Part shown: positions 47,636 to 60,380 of the stretch, in pieces
Numbering within the stretch: position 1 is the stretch's first letter
How the letters are laid out: every line of letters begins with the position of its first letter
NCBI GenBank assembly: GCA_002269645.1
Contig: NIVC01000042.1
Coordinates: 496,001 to 560,000 of the forward strand
DNA from: Macrostomum lignano
Lineage: Eukaryota
Direction: 5' to 3'
DNA length: 64,000 nt
The notes under the pieces: generated by a model
Told to the model about the DNA's origin: nothing
Seen by the model: only the letters and a program-made list of their open reading frames with translations
The model's database searches: none
Program-made: the position numbers and the translations under genes

Positions 47636-48821
47636 TGCAAACCCAACACTGCAGACTCAGCCACACTGTGCAAACCCAACACTGCAGACTCAGCCACACT
47701 GTGCAAACCCAACACTGCAGACTCAGCCACACTGTGCAAACCAAACACTGCAGACTCAGCCACACTGTGCAAACCCAACACTGCAGACTCAGCCACACTG
47801 TGCAAACCCAACACTGCAGACTCAGCCACACTGTGCAAACTCAACACTGCAGACTCAGCCACACTGTGCAAACCCAACACTACAGACTCAGCCACACTGT
47901 GCAAACTCAACACTGCAGACTCAGCCACACTGTGCAAACCCAACACTGCAGACTCAGCCACACTATGCAAACCCAACACTGCAGACTCAGCCACGCTGTG
48001 CAAACCCAACACTACAGACTCAGCCACGCTGTGCAAACCCAACACTGCAGACTCAGCCACACTGTGCAAACTCAACACTACAGACTCAGCCACGCTGTGC
48101 AAACCCAACACTGCAGACTCAGCCACACTGTGCAAACTCAACACTGCAGACTCAGCCACACTGTGCAAACCCAACACTGCAGACTCAGCCACACTGTGCA
48201 AACCCAACACTGCAGACTCAGCCACACTGTGCAAACCCAACACTGCAGACTCAGCCACACTGTGCAAACTCAACACTACAGACTCAGCCACGCTGTGCAA
48301 ACCCAACACTGCAGACTCAGCCACACTGTGCAAACTCAACACTGCAGACTCAGCCACGCTGTGCAAACCCAACACTACAGACTCAGCCACGCTGTGCAAA
48401 CTCAACACTGCAGACTCAGCCACACTGTGCAAACTCAACACTGCAGACTCAGCCACACTGTGCAAACTCAACACTGCAGACTCAGCCACGCTGTGCAAAC
48501 CCAACACTACAGACTCAGCCACGCTGTGCAAACCCAACACTGCAGACTCAGCCACACTGTGCAAACTCAACACTACAGACTCAGCCACGCTGTGCAAACC
48601 CAACACTGCAGACTCAGCCACACTGTGCAAACCCAACACTGCAGACTCAGCCACACTGTGCAAACCCAACACTGCAGACTCAGCCACACTGTGCAAACCC
48701 AACACTGCAGACTCAGCCACACTGTGCAAACCCAACACTGCAGACTCAGCCACACTGTGCAAACTCAACACTACAGACTCAGCCACGCTGTGCAAACCCA
48801 ACACTGCAGACTCAGCCACAC
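47636..48821. repeat. 33-bp minisatellite directly upstream of the FUNDC-like coding region
   Basis: Unit GTGCAAACCCAACACTGCAGACTCAGCCACACT, about 36 copies. Confidence 0.98.
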
Positions 48822-48830
48822 TCCGGTCAG

Positions 48831-49324
48831 GAGGCGGCCGATCCGGCCGACGAGTTGCTCTCGCCGCCGTCGGCGTCGGACTCAGCGGGAGGCAGCGGCA
48901 GCAGCGACGGCTCCGGCGGTGTGGGCAGTCAGCTGGCTACGGCAGCCGCCGAAGCCTCTCGCAGGCTGGCTGACGCCACGCCCGGCCAGCAGGCGATGAT
49001 CGGTGGCGCGGGCGGCTGCCTGACAGGCTACCTGGTTGGGCGGGTGGGCCGCACAGCCGCTTTGGTGCTTGGCGGCGGCATCATCTGTCTGCAGATTGCT
49101 CAACAGCGCGGAGTTGTAACGGTGAATTGGACCCGGTTGAATCAGCTGGGACGCCAGTTTGTACAGGAGGCGGAGGTTGCCGCTGCGGCCGGCGCTATGG
49201 GGGCGGCGGGGCCCGCGGTGGCGGCGGCCTGCTAGACAGAGCGCGCCATTTTTTGGCGGGCCCCAATGCCTGCTTCGGCACCACTTTTGTTGGCGGCTTC
49301 TTTATTGGATTGGCGTTTGCGTGA
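48831..49324 (+). CDS. FUNDC1: FUN14-domain protein (FUNDC1/2-like); start not located; 1-nt frameshift near 49198
   Basis: QQAMIGGAGGCLTGYLVGRVGRTAALVLGGGIICLQIAQQRGVVTVNWTRL ~ [51 protein letters not shown]. The C-terminal TFVGGFFIGLAFA* ~ GFVGGFLLGLAS lies in the -1 frame. Confidence 0.8.
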
Positions 49325-49434
49325 ATGAATATTGATCGCAAATTTTTGAGTCGTCTTCTTTGCCGGTCGAATCACCCTAGAAGTCTGGTTTAGTCAAATC
49401 TGTTTCGAAAATAAATCGCCCTTGGAAAAGAATC

Positions 49435-49885
49435 CCCCCAAACTTCATTAGGAATCGTTCTTATGCTTCATCAGGAATCGCCCTAAGCTTCATCAGGAAT
49501 CGCCCTAAGCTTCATCAGGAATCGCTCTAAGCTTCATCAGGAATCGCCCTAAGCTTCATCAGGAATCGCCCTAAGCTTCATCAGGAATCGCTCTAAGCTT
49601 CATCAGGAATCGCCCTAAGCTTCATCAGGAATCGCCCTAAGCTTCATCAGGAATCGCCCTAAGCTTCATAAGGAATCGCCCTAAACTTCATCAGGAATCG
49701 CCCTAAGCTTCATCAGGAATCGCCCTAAGCTTCATAAGGAATCGCCCTAAACTTCATCAGGAATTTCCCTAAGCTTCATCAGGAATTTCCCTAAACTTCA
49801 TCAGGAATCGCCCTAAGCTTCATCAGGAATTTCCCTAAACTTCATCAGGAATTTCCCTAAACTTCATCAGGAATTTCCCTAAACC
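49435..49885. repeat. 22-bp minisatellite
   Basis: Unit CTTCATCAGGAATCGCCCTAAG. Confidence 0.95.
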
Positions 49886-50407
49886 TACTGGAGCCGAACA
49901 ACCCGTGACTATAAATTGGTTTACCTTTCTCATACGCACCTGTGCGGCCGCTTACTCGTGTCGTGTCACATTTAGCTGACTCCCAATTTGCTAAGCCTAC
50001 AGTTTACTTGCGCTGATCCGTTACTCAAGTATTACCTATTCGCTATATTCTCTGCTTGCTACTGATTTATAAGTAGTATTCTATGTCGAAGTAGTGTTTT
50101 ATTAATCATAGATCATCGAGTTCTATTTTGTCCGCTTCTTAACATTCGATTTTAGTTAGTCGTAATAAAATATTCGGATGGGTGATAGCTTTCAGACCGC
50201 ATTGGATTGACTAAACTCTTCATGCTGCAGTTGCTCCTGGGGAATCTGCATGCTAATTCTGGTACTGCAGTTAGTTGTCAAAGCACTCCTCTATGTTGAA
50301 TGTTAAGTAATAATGCTTGGTGGTATTGTTATTCATTTTAGATAGGTTAACCTAGACCAAATGTTATATCTTATCTTTGTTATTTTTCAGCTCTGAACAG
50401 ATAATTA

Positions 50408-51965
50408 AACTGTACAAAGTGAATCTAAACTGTACAAAATGAATCTAAACTGTACAAAATGAATCTAAACTGTACAAAATGAATCTAAACTGTACAAAGT
50501 GAATCTAAACTGTACAAAATGAATCTAAACTGTACAAAATGAATCTAAACTGTACAAAATGAATCTAAACTGTACAAAAATGAATCTAAACTGTACAATA
50601 TGAATCTAAACTGTACAAAAATGAATCTAAACTGTACAAAATGAATCTAAACTGTACAAAATGAATCTAAACTGTACAAAATGAATCTAAACTGTACAAA
50701 ATGAATCTAAACTGTACAAAGTGAATCTAAACTGTACAAAATGAATCTAAACTGTACAAAATGAATCTAAACTGTACAAAATGAATCTAAACTGTACAAA
50801 AATGAATCTAAACTGTACAATATGAATCTAAACTGTACAAAAATGAATCTAAACTGTACAAAATGAATCTAAACTGTACAAAATGAATCTAAACTGTACA
50901 AAATGAATCTAAACTGTACAAAATGAATCTAAACTGTACAAAAATGAATCTAAACTGTACAATATGAATCTAAACTGTACAAAAATGAATCTAAACTGTA
51001 CAATATGAATCTAAACTGTATAAAGTTAATCTAAACTGTACAAAGTGAATCTAAACTGTACAAAATGAATCTAAACTGTACAAAATGAATCTAAACTGTA
51101 CAAACTGAATCTAAACTGTACAAAATGAATCTAAACTGTACAAAATTAATCTAAACTGTACAAAATGAATCTAAACTGTACAAACTGAATCTAAACTGTA
51201 CAAAATGAATCTTAACTGTACAAAATGAATCTAAACTGTACAAAATTAATCTAAACTGTACAAAATGAATCTAAACTGTACAAACTGAATCTAAACTGTA
51301 CAAAATGAATCTAAACTGTACAAAATTAATCTAAACTGTACAAAATGAATCTAAACTGTACAAAATGAATCTAAACTGTACCAAATGAATCTAAACTGTA
51401 CAAAATGAATCTAAACTGTACAAAATGAATCTAAACTGTACAATATGAATCTAAACTGTACAAAATGAATCTAAACTGTACAATATGAATCTAAACTGTA
51501 CAATATGAATCTAAACTGTACAATATGAATCTAAACTGTACAAAATGAATCTAAACTGTACAATATGAATCTAAACTGTACAAAATGAATCTAAACTGTA
51601 CAATATGAATCTAAACTGTACAAAATGAATCTAAACTGTACAATATGAATCTAAACTGTACAAAATGAATTTAAACTGTACAAAATGAATCTAAACTGTA
51701 CAATATGAATCTAAAATGTACAAAATGAATCTAAACTGTACAAAATGAATCTAAACTGTACAATATGAATCTAAACTGTACAATATGAATCTAAAATGTA
51801 CAAAATGAATCTAAACTGTACAAAATGAATCTAAACTGTACAATATGAATCTAAACTGTACAATATGAATCTAAACTGTACAATATGAATCTAAACTGTA
51901 CAAAGTGAATCTAAACTGTACAAAATGAATCTAAACTGTACAATATGAATCTAAACTGTACAATA
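50408..51965. repeat. 20-bp minisatellite (about 77 copies)
   Basis: Unit AAACTGTACAAAATGAATCT. Confidence 0.98.
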
Positions 51966-52409
51966 TATAATCTTATCTGTAGAATACAAATTTCAAATGT
52001 AAAAAATTAATCCAAAAAGGAAAAAAATTGATCCAAAATCAACCAACCTTTGATGTTGTCTGTAAACTGAATAAATGGACGGAAAGGACTTTATCGTTTA
52101 CAAAATTCTTTTGTCTAATTAATGTAGAAATTTTCAGCTAATTCTCTGTTTATTTTGTTAAACTGCACACCGGCTTAATTGCGTTATTTTGAGAGCGGCA
52201 CAGATTTGCGCTCCTAAAACTACTGCCTGTTTTCCATTCTAAAAGCAATCATTGGTTTTTGGTAAATAATATACGGAACTATTTTATTTTGGTATAACTA
52301 CTGTAGGCTTCACTCTCGGCCACTTTGTATTAATATTTTATTGTCTGTCGGGTTTTATCTTCATAATTCTCATAAAAGCTATTTTAAAAGCTGCTTGGGC
52401 AATCACCCT

Positions 52410-53140
52410 ACCTTCCCAGATCCGCAGTTGCTGGGCCAGCCTCCCAGATCCTCAGTTGCTGGACCAGCCTCCCAGATCCTCAGCTGCTGGACCAGCCTCC
52501 CAGATCCTCAGCTGCTGGACCAGCCTCCCAGATCCTCAGCTGCTGGGCCAGCCTCCCAGATCCTCAGTTGCTGAATCAGCCTCCCAGATCCTCAGTTGCT
52601 GAATCAGCCTCCCAGATCTTCAGTTGCTGAATCAGCCTCCCAGATCCTCAGTTGCTGGGCCAGCCTCCCAGATCCTCAGTTGCTGAATCAGCCTCCCAGA
52701 TCCTCAGTTGATGAATCAGCCTCCCAGATCCTCAGTTGCTGAATCAGCCTCCCAGATCCTCAGTTGCTGGACCAGCCTCCCAGATCCTCAGCTGCTGGAC
52801 CAGCCTCCCAGATCCTCAGTTGCTGAATCAGCCTCCCAGATCCTCAGTTGCTGAATCAGCCTCCCAGATCCTCAGTTGCTGGGCCAGCCTCCCAGATCCT
52901 CAGTTGCTGAATCAGCCTCCCAGATCCTCAGTTGATGAATCAGCCTCCCAGATCCTCAGTTGCTGAATCAGCCTCCCAGATCCTCAGTTGCTGGGCCAGC
53001 CTCCCAGATCCTCAGTTGCTGGGCCAGCCTCCAAGAGTGTCAGCTGCTGGGCCACAGCCTTCCAGATCCTCAGTTGCTGGGCCAGCCTCCCAGAGTGTCA
53101 GCTGCTGGGCCACCACCGCGCACCCTCCCAGATCCGCAGT
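52410..53140. repeat. 28-bp minisatellite upstream of the amidase gene
   Basis: Unit CAGCCTCCCAGATCCTCAGTTGCTG(AAT/GAC/GGC). Confidence 0.96.
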
Positions 53141-53241
53141 CCTCTAGTGTTGCCAAACATTGACATCCTGCCATATGCAACAGGGACTAAAAAATAAACG
53201 ATTGCCTTGATTACAGAGCCATAGTCTCAAAGCGGGAAGCC

Positions 53242-53450
53242 ATGCAAGCTGTTCGCCGACTTACCTTGCTCCGCCCCGCCACCGCCTGCCGCCACCTGTC
53301 GCTGTACAGCCGTCAGGCTTTTCGTCAGCCGTCTCTGCAGGAGCTCCGGCGCTTATCTGACCGATTCGGCTTCAGTTCTAGCGATGACGAGCTGACAGCC
53401 TACAAGGAGCTTATTGGCCAGCTCTCAGCCTCGCTCACTTCTTTGGATAG
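53242..53450 (+). CDS. Amidase-signature family enzyme, exon 1
   Basis: MQAVRRLTLLRPATACRHLS...PSLQELRRLSDRFGF...ELTAYKELI. GTGAT donor at 53451, phase 2. Confidence 0.75.
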
Positions 53451-53544
53451 GTGATTGCTGATGTGTCAATGTTTGTAGCATGTCTATCAGTTGTTTCAGG
53501 CTTCTTTTTGGCGTTGGGCCAGATAAAGGCGAAATTTGAATCTT

Positions 53545-53630
53545 AACCAGCAAGCAGGCAAGCCGTTGTGCCCATTCCGATGACCCCTTAAGCAGGCACA
53601 CGCTCACCCAGGGTGTACAGCGGCCTTGTC
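53545..53630 (-). mobile_element. SINE family B fragment in amidase intron 1
   Basis: TGCCCATTCCG...AGCAGGCAC.CGCTCACCCAGGGTGTACAGCGGCC matches 19215-19300. Confidence 0.6.
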
Positions 53631-53734
53631 TTTCTCACAGAATTGCCGTCAGCGCTGGTTGTGGGGCGATGTTGCCGAAGGCGTTACGCCAGAGTGCCCC
53701 ACAGTCCTTCCCGCGAATATTGATTTTTTAACAG

Positions 53735-54103
53735 ATTTTCAATATCCCCACAACCCGACAGACTGGAAAATCCCATGCGATCTTCAACGTCGACAGTCGC
53801 CTCGCAGCCGGTGCCGCCAAGGAGCTGCGGGCAGCGGGCCAGCGCCGCGGACAATCCGGGCAATGCCTGGTACTGGCGCTGCGACTTGAAGGACCCGGCG
53901 GCGGCCCAGGACAGCAGCCTGCCGCTTGCCGGCAAAACCCTGGCCCTGAAGGACAGTGTCAGCGTGGCTGGGGTGCCCATGATGAACGGCTCCAAGCTGC
54001 TGGAGGGCTTCGTGCCCACCGAAGATGCCACCGTGGTCACCAGAATTCTGGCTGCTGGCGGCCGGATTGTTGGCAAGGCCGTCTGCGAGGACATGTGCTT
54101 CAG
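53735..54103 (+). CDS. Amidase exon 2 (alternative in-frame acceptor at 53762)
   Basis: [34 protein letters not shown] (catalytic Lys), [23 protein letters not shown]. Confidence 0.88.
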
Positions 54104-54107
54104 GTGC

Positions 54108-54820
54108 GGCTTGGGCAGCCTCCCAAATCCTCAGTTATGGGCCAGCCTCCCAGATCCTCAGTTGCTGAATCAGCCTCCCAGATCCTCAGTTGCTGGCCTT
54201 CCCAGATCCTCAGTTGCTGGCCTTCCCAGATCCTCAGTTGCTGGACCAGCCTCCCAGATCCTCAGTTGCTGGACCAGCCTCCCAGATCCTCAGTTGCTGG
54301 ACCAGCCTCCCAGATCCTCAGTTGCTGGACCAGCCTCCCAGATCTTCAGTTGCTGAATCAGCCTCCCAGATCCTCAGTTGCTGAATCAGCCTCCCAGATC
54401 CTCAGTTGCTGGACCAGCCTCCCAGATCTTCAGTTGCTGAATCAGCCTCCCAGATCCTCAGTTGCTGAATCAGCCTCCCAGATCCTCAGTTGCTGGACCA
54501 GCCTCCCAGATCTTCAGTTGCTGAATCAGCCTCCCAGATCCTCAGTTGCTGAATCAGCCTCCCAGATCCTCAGTTGCTGGCCTTCCCAGATCCTCAGTTG
54601 CTGGCCTTCCCAGATCCTCAGTTGCTGGCCTTCCCAGATCCTCAGTTGCTGAATCAGCCTCCCAGATCCTCAGTTGCTGGACCAGCCTCCCAGATCTTCA
54701 GTTGCTGAATCAGCCTCCCAGATCCTCAGTTGCTGAATCAGCCTCCCAGATCCTCAGTTGCTGAACCAGCCCCCAGATCCTCAGTTGCTGGCCTTCCCAG
54801 ATCCTCAGTTGTTGGGCCAC
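54108..54820. repeat. 28-bp minisatellite in amidase intron 2 (same unit as 52410-53140)
   Basis: CAGCCTCCCAGATCCTCAGTTGCTG repeats, with 24-bp deletion variants. Confidence 0.96.
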
Positions 54821-54999
54821 TGAATATTGTTCTCACCCAATACCCTCAATATTGTTTTAAAAAACTTCGTAAATTTCCTATCCAACTTAATTTTCGTTGC
54901 TTCCAATTCAAAATTTAACGGTGAATAGTCTTTCAGACTACTGTAAGTAGTGATTTAAGCATTTCATCGTTTACGCAAAAACCTACTTTAAAATTCCAG

Positions 55000-56080
55000 C
55001 GGTGCCAGCCACACCACCTTCAAAGGCGCGGTGCCAAATCCGCACTCGGAGCTGCACTCGGCCGGCGGTTCGAGCTCCGGCTGCGGCTACCTGGTTGCCA
55101 AGGGCCTAGTTGACATGGCGATCGGCGGGGATCAGGGCGGATCGACTCGAATCCCCAGCGCCTGGTGCGGCATAGTTGGACTGAAGCCGACATTCGGCCT
55201 GGTGCCGTACACCGGCGCGCTGTCGATGATGCGCGGCATCGACCACCTGGGCCCGATGGCGCGCACCGTCACGGACGCGGCCCTCCTGCTGCAGGCCATC
55301 GCCGGCTTGGACGGAGACGGCCTCGACCGCCGGCAGCCGACCGACCTGCGAGTCGACAACTACTCCGAGTCGCTGCGCGGCGACCTATCAAAATATTCGT
55401 TCGGCCTACTTGTCGAAGGCTTCCACGGTGTCGACGAGGACGTCGACGAGGCCGTCCGCCAGCTGGCCGGCAAGCTGGCAAGCGCCGGTGCGAAAGTGTC
55501 GAAGGTGTCGGTGCCGCTGCACAGCCAGTCGGGCGCGTTCTACCTGCCCTACCTGCTGCACGGCTTCCGAGCCACCTACCTGACCGACGGCGCCTTGCCG
55601 TTAGACGACGCCTACGTCGATCCCGACGCTGTCGACGCCGCATTCAAAGGTCGACGTACTTTTCCTGCCGACAATCAGCACATCGTCAAGGTGGTGATGC
55701 TGATGTCGGAGTTTCTCTCCAGTAACTACGGCTTGAAGCACTTTAGCCAAGCGGCTAATTGGATACGCGAGCTGCGTCGTTGCTATGACAACGCGCTAAA
55801 TAGCGTCGACTATTTGTTGATGCCGACTCTGCCGATGCGACCGCCTCGCCTTCTGGACGAATCGGCCAGCGTTGTTGAAGTGTTCAACCACGGCCTCGGC
55901 ATGATCGGCAACACCGCCGCGTTCAACGCCAGCGGGCATCCAGCTATCACGCTGAACTGCGGCCGCACCGCCGGGGAGCCTCCGCTGCCCATCGGCGCTA
56001 TGCTGGTTGGCAGGAGGTTCAGCGACGGCCAACTGCTGGACGCCGCGTTCGGCGTCGAACAGCTGTGCGGCGGCTTCTAG
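55000..56080 (+). CDS. Amidase exon 3 (signature region to stop). Spliced protein about 550 aa
   Basis: SGASHT...NPH...AGGSSSG, GGDQGGSTRIPSAWCGIVGLKPTFGLVPYTG (Ser-cisSer-Lys triad motifs), DHLGPMARTVTDAALLL, GHPAITL. Confidence 0.93.
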
Positions 56081-56189
56081 GGGGGGGGGGTAAATTGATC
56101 GGTGTTCCGATTTACCTGCTTGTCTGTCTCTACCATTTGTAGCAGTGACTTGTCTACCGCTTGCAAACTGATTTGCCTACCTAATTATA

Positions 56190-57180
56190 ACCTGGCTTGC
56201 CTGCTTTGCCTACCCGGTCTGCCCTAACTACTTAGCCTGGCCTACTTTGCCTACCTGACCTACTTTACCTGGCCTACTTTGCCTACCTGACCTACTTTAC
56301 CTACCTGGCCCACTTTACCTACCTTGTCTACTTTACCTACCTGGCCCACTTTACCTACCTGGCCTACTTTGCCTACCTGACCTACTTTACCTACCTTGTC
56401 TATTTTACCTACCTTGTCTATTTTACTTACCGTGTCTATTTTACCTACCTTGTCTACTTTACCTACCTTGTCTACTTTACCTACCTTGTCTACTTTACCT
56501 ACCTTGTCTACTTTACCTACCTTGTCTACTTTACCTACCTTGTCTACTTTACCTACCTTGTCTACTTTACATACCTTGTCTACTTTACCTACCTGGCCCA
56601 TTTTACCTACCTTGTCTACTTTACCTACCTGGCCCACTTTACCTACCTGGCCTACTTTGCCTACCTGACCTACTTTACCTACCTTGTCTATTTTACCTAC
56701 CTTGTCTATTTTACCTACCGTGTCTATTTTACCTACCTTGTCTACTTTACCTACCTTGTCTATTTTACCTACCTTGTCTATTTTACCTACCGTGTCTATT
56801 TTACCTACCTTGTCTACTTTACCTACCTTGTCTACTTTACCTACCTTGTCTACTTTACCTACCTTGTCTACTTTACCTACCTTGTCTACTTTACATACCT
56901 TGTCTACTTTACCTACCTGGCCCATTTTACCTACCTTGTCTACTTTACCTACCTGGCCCACTTTACCTACCTGGCCTACTTTGCCTACCTGACCTACTTT
57001 ACCTACCTTGTCTATTTTACCTACCTTGTCTATTTTACCTACCGTGTCTATTTTACCTACCTTGTCTACTTTACCTACCTTGTCTACTTTACCTACCTTG
57101 TCTACTTTACCTACCTTGTCTACTTTACCTACATTATCTACTTTACCTACCTTGTCTACTTTACCTACCTTGTCTACTGT
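56190..57180. repeat. 18-bp pyrimidine-rich minisatellite
   Basis: Unit CTACTTTACCTACCTTGT with higher-order duplications. Confidence 0.96.
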
Positions 57181-57919
57181 TTATGCGCCTAAGGTGCCTT
57201 AACCTACTTTGCCAACTTTAGCCTGCCTTGCCTATCTAATTTATACCTATTAATCGCTACTTAAACTACCATTGCTGCCTCGGTATGATTTGCCTAAACT
57301 ATTTGTCTGCTCGACCTTCTATGCACCTATACAATAACTCTATTCACTATTTTAATCTTGCCACACATTTTTCAATTGTAATTAATTTTATAGTGTTAAT
57401 GTTAAGAGTTATTTCATTGATTTCTATACTTTTGGCTCCATTTTTATATACATCTAGCGCAATCGCTTCTTTGCTAATTGGCAGACTTAATCAGGTTTTA
57501 ACGATCATTAATTATATTTACCTTTTAATTGTCTTTTTTCCGACAAATTTAGACAAACTGCTGCAGGATTTCAGCATGAAAAAAAAAGCAAAAGACTGTC
57601 TGTACTTCTATTTTGCACGAATACTAGCTTGCCCTGGGGTTACTCCGTGACCTTTTACCCTCGGCAGCAGCAGAAGCAGTTCGTTTCATCCAGACTTTTC
57701 AAACCGGTTTCTGAACTTGCTTCTCTGTCAGTCAGCTAAGCCAGTTTATATTAAATGTCAACAGTGACAGTTTCTGGATTACATTAGTTATAAAAGTGTG
57801 TTTAAGTTCGCTACTTCAATATATACACAATAGACTAGAGTAGAAAATAGTTCGTCATGTCTGTTTTAAACGGTTCTGCGCATCAGCTGACTGGTAAGTA
57901 ATCATAATGCGTTTGTCAT

Positions 57920-58800
57920 ACAGATCATAGATTAGCTCATGCAGATCATAGATTAGATCATACAGATCATAGATTAGCTCATACAGATCATAGATTAGCT
58001 TATGCAGATCATAGATTAGCTCATACAGATCATAGATTAGCTTATGCAGATCATAGATTAGATCATACAGATCATAGATTAGATCATACAGATCATAGAT
58101 TAGCTCATACAGATCATAGATTAGCTTATGCAGATCATAGATTAGCTCATACAGATCATAGATTAGCTTATGCAGATCATAGATTAGATCATACAGATCA
58201 TAGATTAGCTCATACAGATCATAGATTAGCTTATGCAGATCATAGATTAGCTCATACAGATCATAGATTAGCTTATGCAGATCATAGATTAGATCATACA
58301 GATCATAGATTAGCTCATACAGATCATAGATTAGCTCATGCAGATCATAGATTAGCTCATACAGCTCATACAGATCATAGATTAGCTCATGCAGATCAAA
58401 GATTAGCTCATACAGATCATAGATTAGCTCATACAGATCATAGATTAGCTCATGCAGATCATAGATTAGCTCATACAGATCATATATTAGCTCATACAGA
58501 TCATAGATTAGCTTATGCAGATCAAAGATTAGCTCATACAGATCATAGATTAGCTCATACAGATCATAGATTAGCTCATGCAGATCATAGATTAGCTCAT
58601 ACAGATCATAGATTAGCTCATACAGATCATAGATTAGCTCATACAGATCATACAGATCATAGATTAGCTCATGCAGATCATATATTAGCTCATACAGATC
58701 ATGCAGATCATAGATTAGCTCATGCAGATCATATATTAGCTCATACAGATCATACAGATTCGCTCATACAGATCATAGATTAGCTCATAGAGATCATAGT
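57920..58800. repeat. 21-bp minisatellite
   Basis: Unit CATACAGATCATAGATTAGCT. Confidence 0.96.
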
Positions 58801-59242
58801 ACTCTTATGTGAATAATAATACAGCCTATTCACAGTATTACTAATGCTATACAGTTATAACATACCTATAGTTAGTTCAATTGATTGCCCCATATTCCAT
58901 ATACTCAGGTAAACTGCCATTAAAACTGTTCTTTAGCCACAATAAAACAACGTAAAACGCGAGTAATCTATGCCGGTGGCCTAGATAAAGCACTCAACAA
59001 TCTACATGTATATTGGCGTAATAATTTTGTTTTAACCCCGAAAATGAAGAGCCATTTGTCGTGTAACTTTATTGGTTAAGTTGCAGTTTTCCACTAAGCT
59101 AAAAATGAGAGCTTATCTTTTGCACTACAATGGACTTCTGACCCGCCTCCATAGATCAAAAGCTGTGGAGGACAGAGAGTGACTCTCAGATTAAAACTGC
59201 TCAACAGATAGAATCCGCCTAGCGAAACTGTAATAATTAGTC

Positions 59243-59833
59243 ATGACTGACGTTTTAGCCTCCACAGCTGCGGAGGATGAGCGGCAGGCTCTGTCGCCGC
59301 CGCCGCCGCCGCCGCCAGCGGAGTCGGGTCGCGACGATCCCGGCATGGACGAGAAGGAAGAGTCCTTGGAGAAGTTCACCCGGTTCCACGCCCTGACCTG
59401 CCTGCTGGGTTTCATGGTGCTCCTGTACAGCACGCTGTTGATTCTCAGTGGCATGTTTCTCAACATCAGGCCATTCAACTGCACCGCGGCGGCGACCGAC
59501 TCAGACGGAGACGTCACCGCTGAGGACGATGACATGAGCCTGTCGTGGTCGGAGCATCAGGGCTTTCGTTCGTCGCTGAGTCGGCAATACCGTCTGTGCG
59601 ACCGGGCGACCGGGGACCTCACCAACGTGGCCTACATGTTTGGCACCATCGCAGGCTCGCTGCTGACCGGCCCCGTGTCCGACAGGCTCGGCCGGAAGCC
59701 CTGCATTGTGGTCGGCGTGGTGGTCGCCACCTTGGTCACTTTGGCAAGCAACTACGCGCCCAGCTTGTGGCTTCATCTCTCTTGTCGGGGCCTGGCTGGC
59801 TGCTTCATGGTGGTGGCTCAGTGCGCCATTCAG
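59243..59833 (+). CDS. SLC22/organic cation transporter-like MFS protein, exon 1
   Basis: TM1, a Cys-containing luminal loop, MFGTIAGSLLTGPVSDRLGRKP (MFS motif A), CRGLAG. GTAGC donor at 59834, phase 0. Confidence 0.88.
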
Positions 59834-59899
59834 GTAGCTCAAGTCGGCGGCTGGTGCTTACACCAGGCTCACCTTCCTCTCGGGTTCTGAGTCATTGTA

Positions 59900-60380
59900 T
59901 ATGACCATTATCCTGGATCATAGTAGATGACCATTCTCCCTGGTCATTGTGGATGACCACTCTCCTGGATCATTGTGGATGACCACTCTCCCTGGTCATT
60001 GTGGATGACCATTCTCCCTGGTCATTGTGAATGACCATTCTCCTGGGTCATTGTGGATGACCACTCTCCCTGGTCATTGTGAATGACCACTCTCTCTGGT
60101 CATTGTGAATGACCACTCTCCCTGGTCATTGTGGATGACCATTCTCCCTGGTCATTGTGAATGACCATTCTCCCTGGTCATTGTGGATGACCACTCTCCC
60201 TGGTCATTGTGAATGACCACTCTCTCTGGTCATTGTGGGTGACCATTCTCCCTGGTCATTGTGGATGACCATTCGCCAAGATCATTTTAGGTAACCATTC
60301 TCCCGGGTCATAGTGAATGACAATGTTCCCTGATCATACAGTAGTGAATGACAATGTTCCCTGATCATACAATGTTCCCT
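59900..60380. repeat. 26-bp hairpin-forming minisatellite in the SLC22-like intron
   Basis: Unit GATGACCATTCTCCCTGGTCATTGTG contains the inverted pair ATGACCA/TGGTCAT. Confidence 0.93.

Noticed and set aside
45819-48999. 392-459-aa repeat ORFs
   Set aside because: Translations of the 23-bp and 33-bp arrays with no independent coding evidence.
56081-56090. G10 run right after the amidase stop codon
   Set aside because: A simple homopolymer; not a retrocopy tail (the gene has introns), and too short alone for a G-quadruplex claim.
56260-57202. (GKVDKV)n / (LPTLST)n ORFs resembling repeat proteins
   Set aside because: They are an 18-bp minisatellite read in stop-free frames, with no unique flanking coding sequence.
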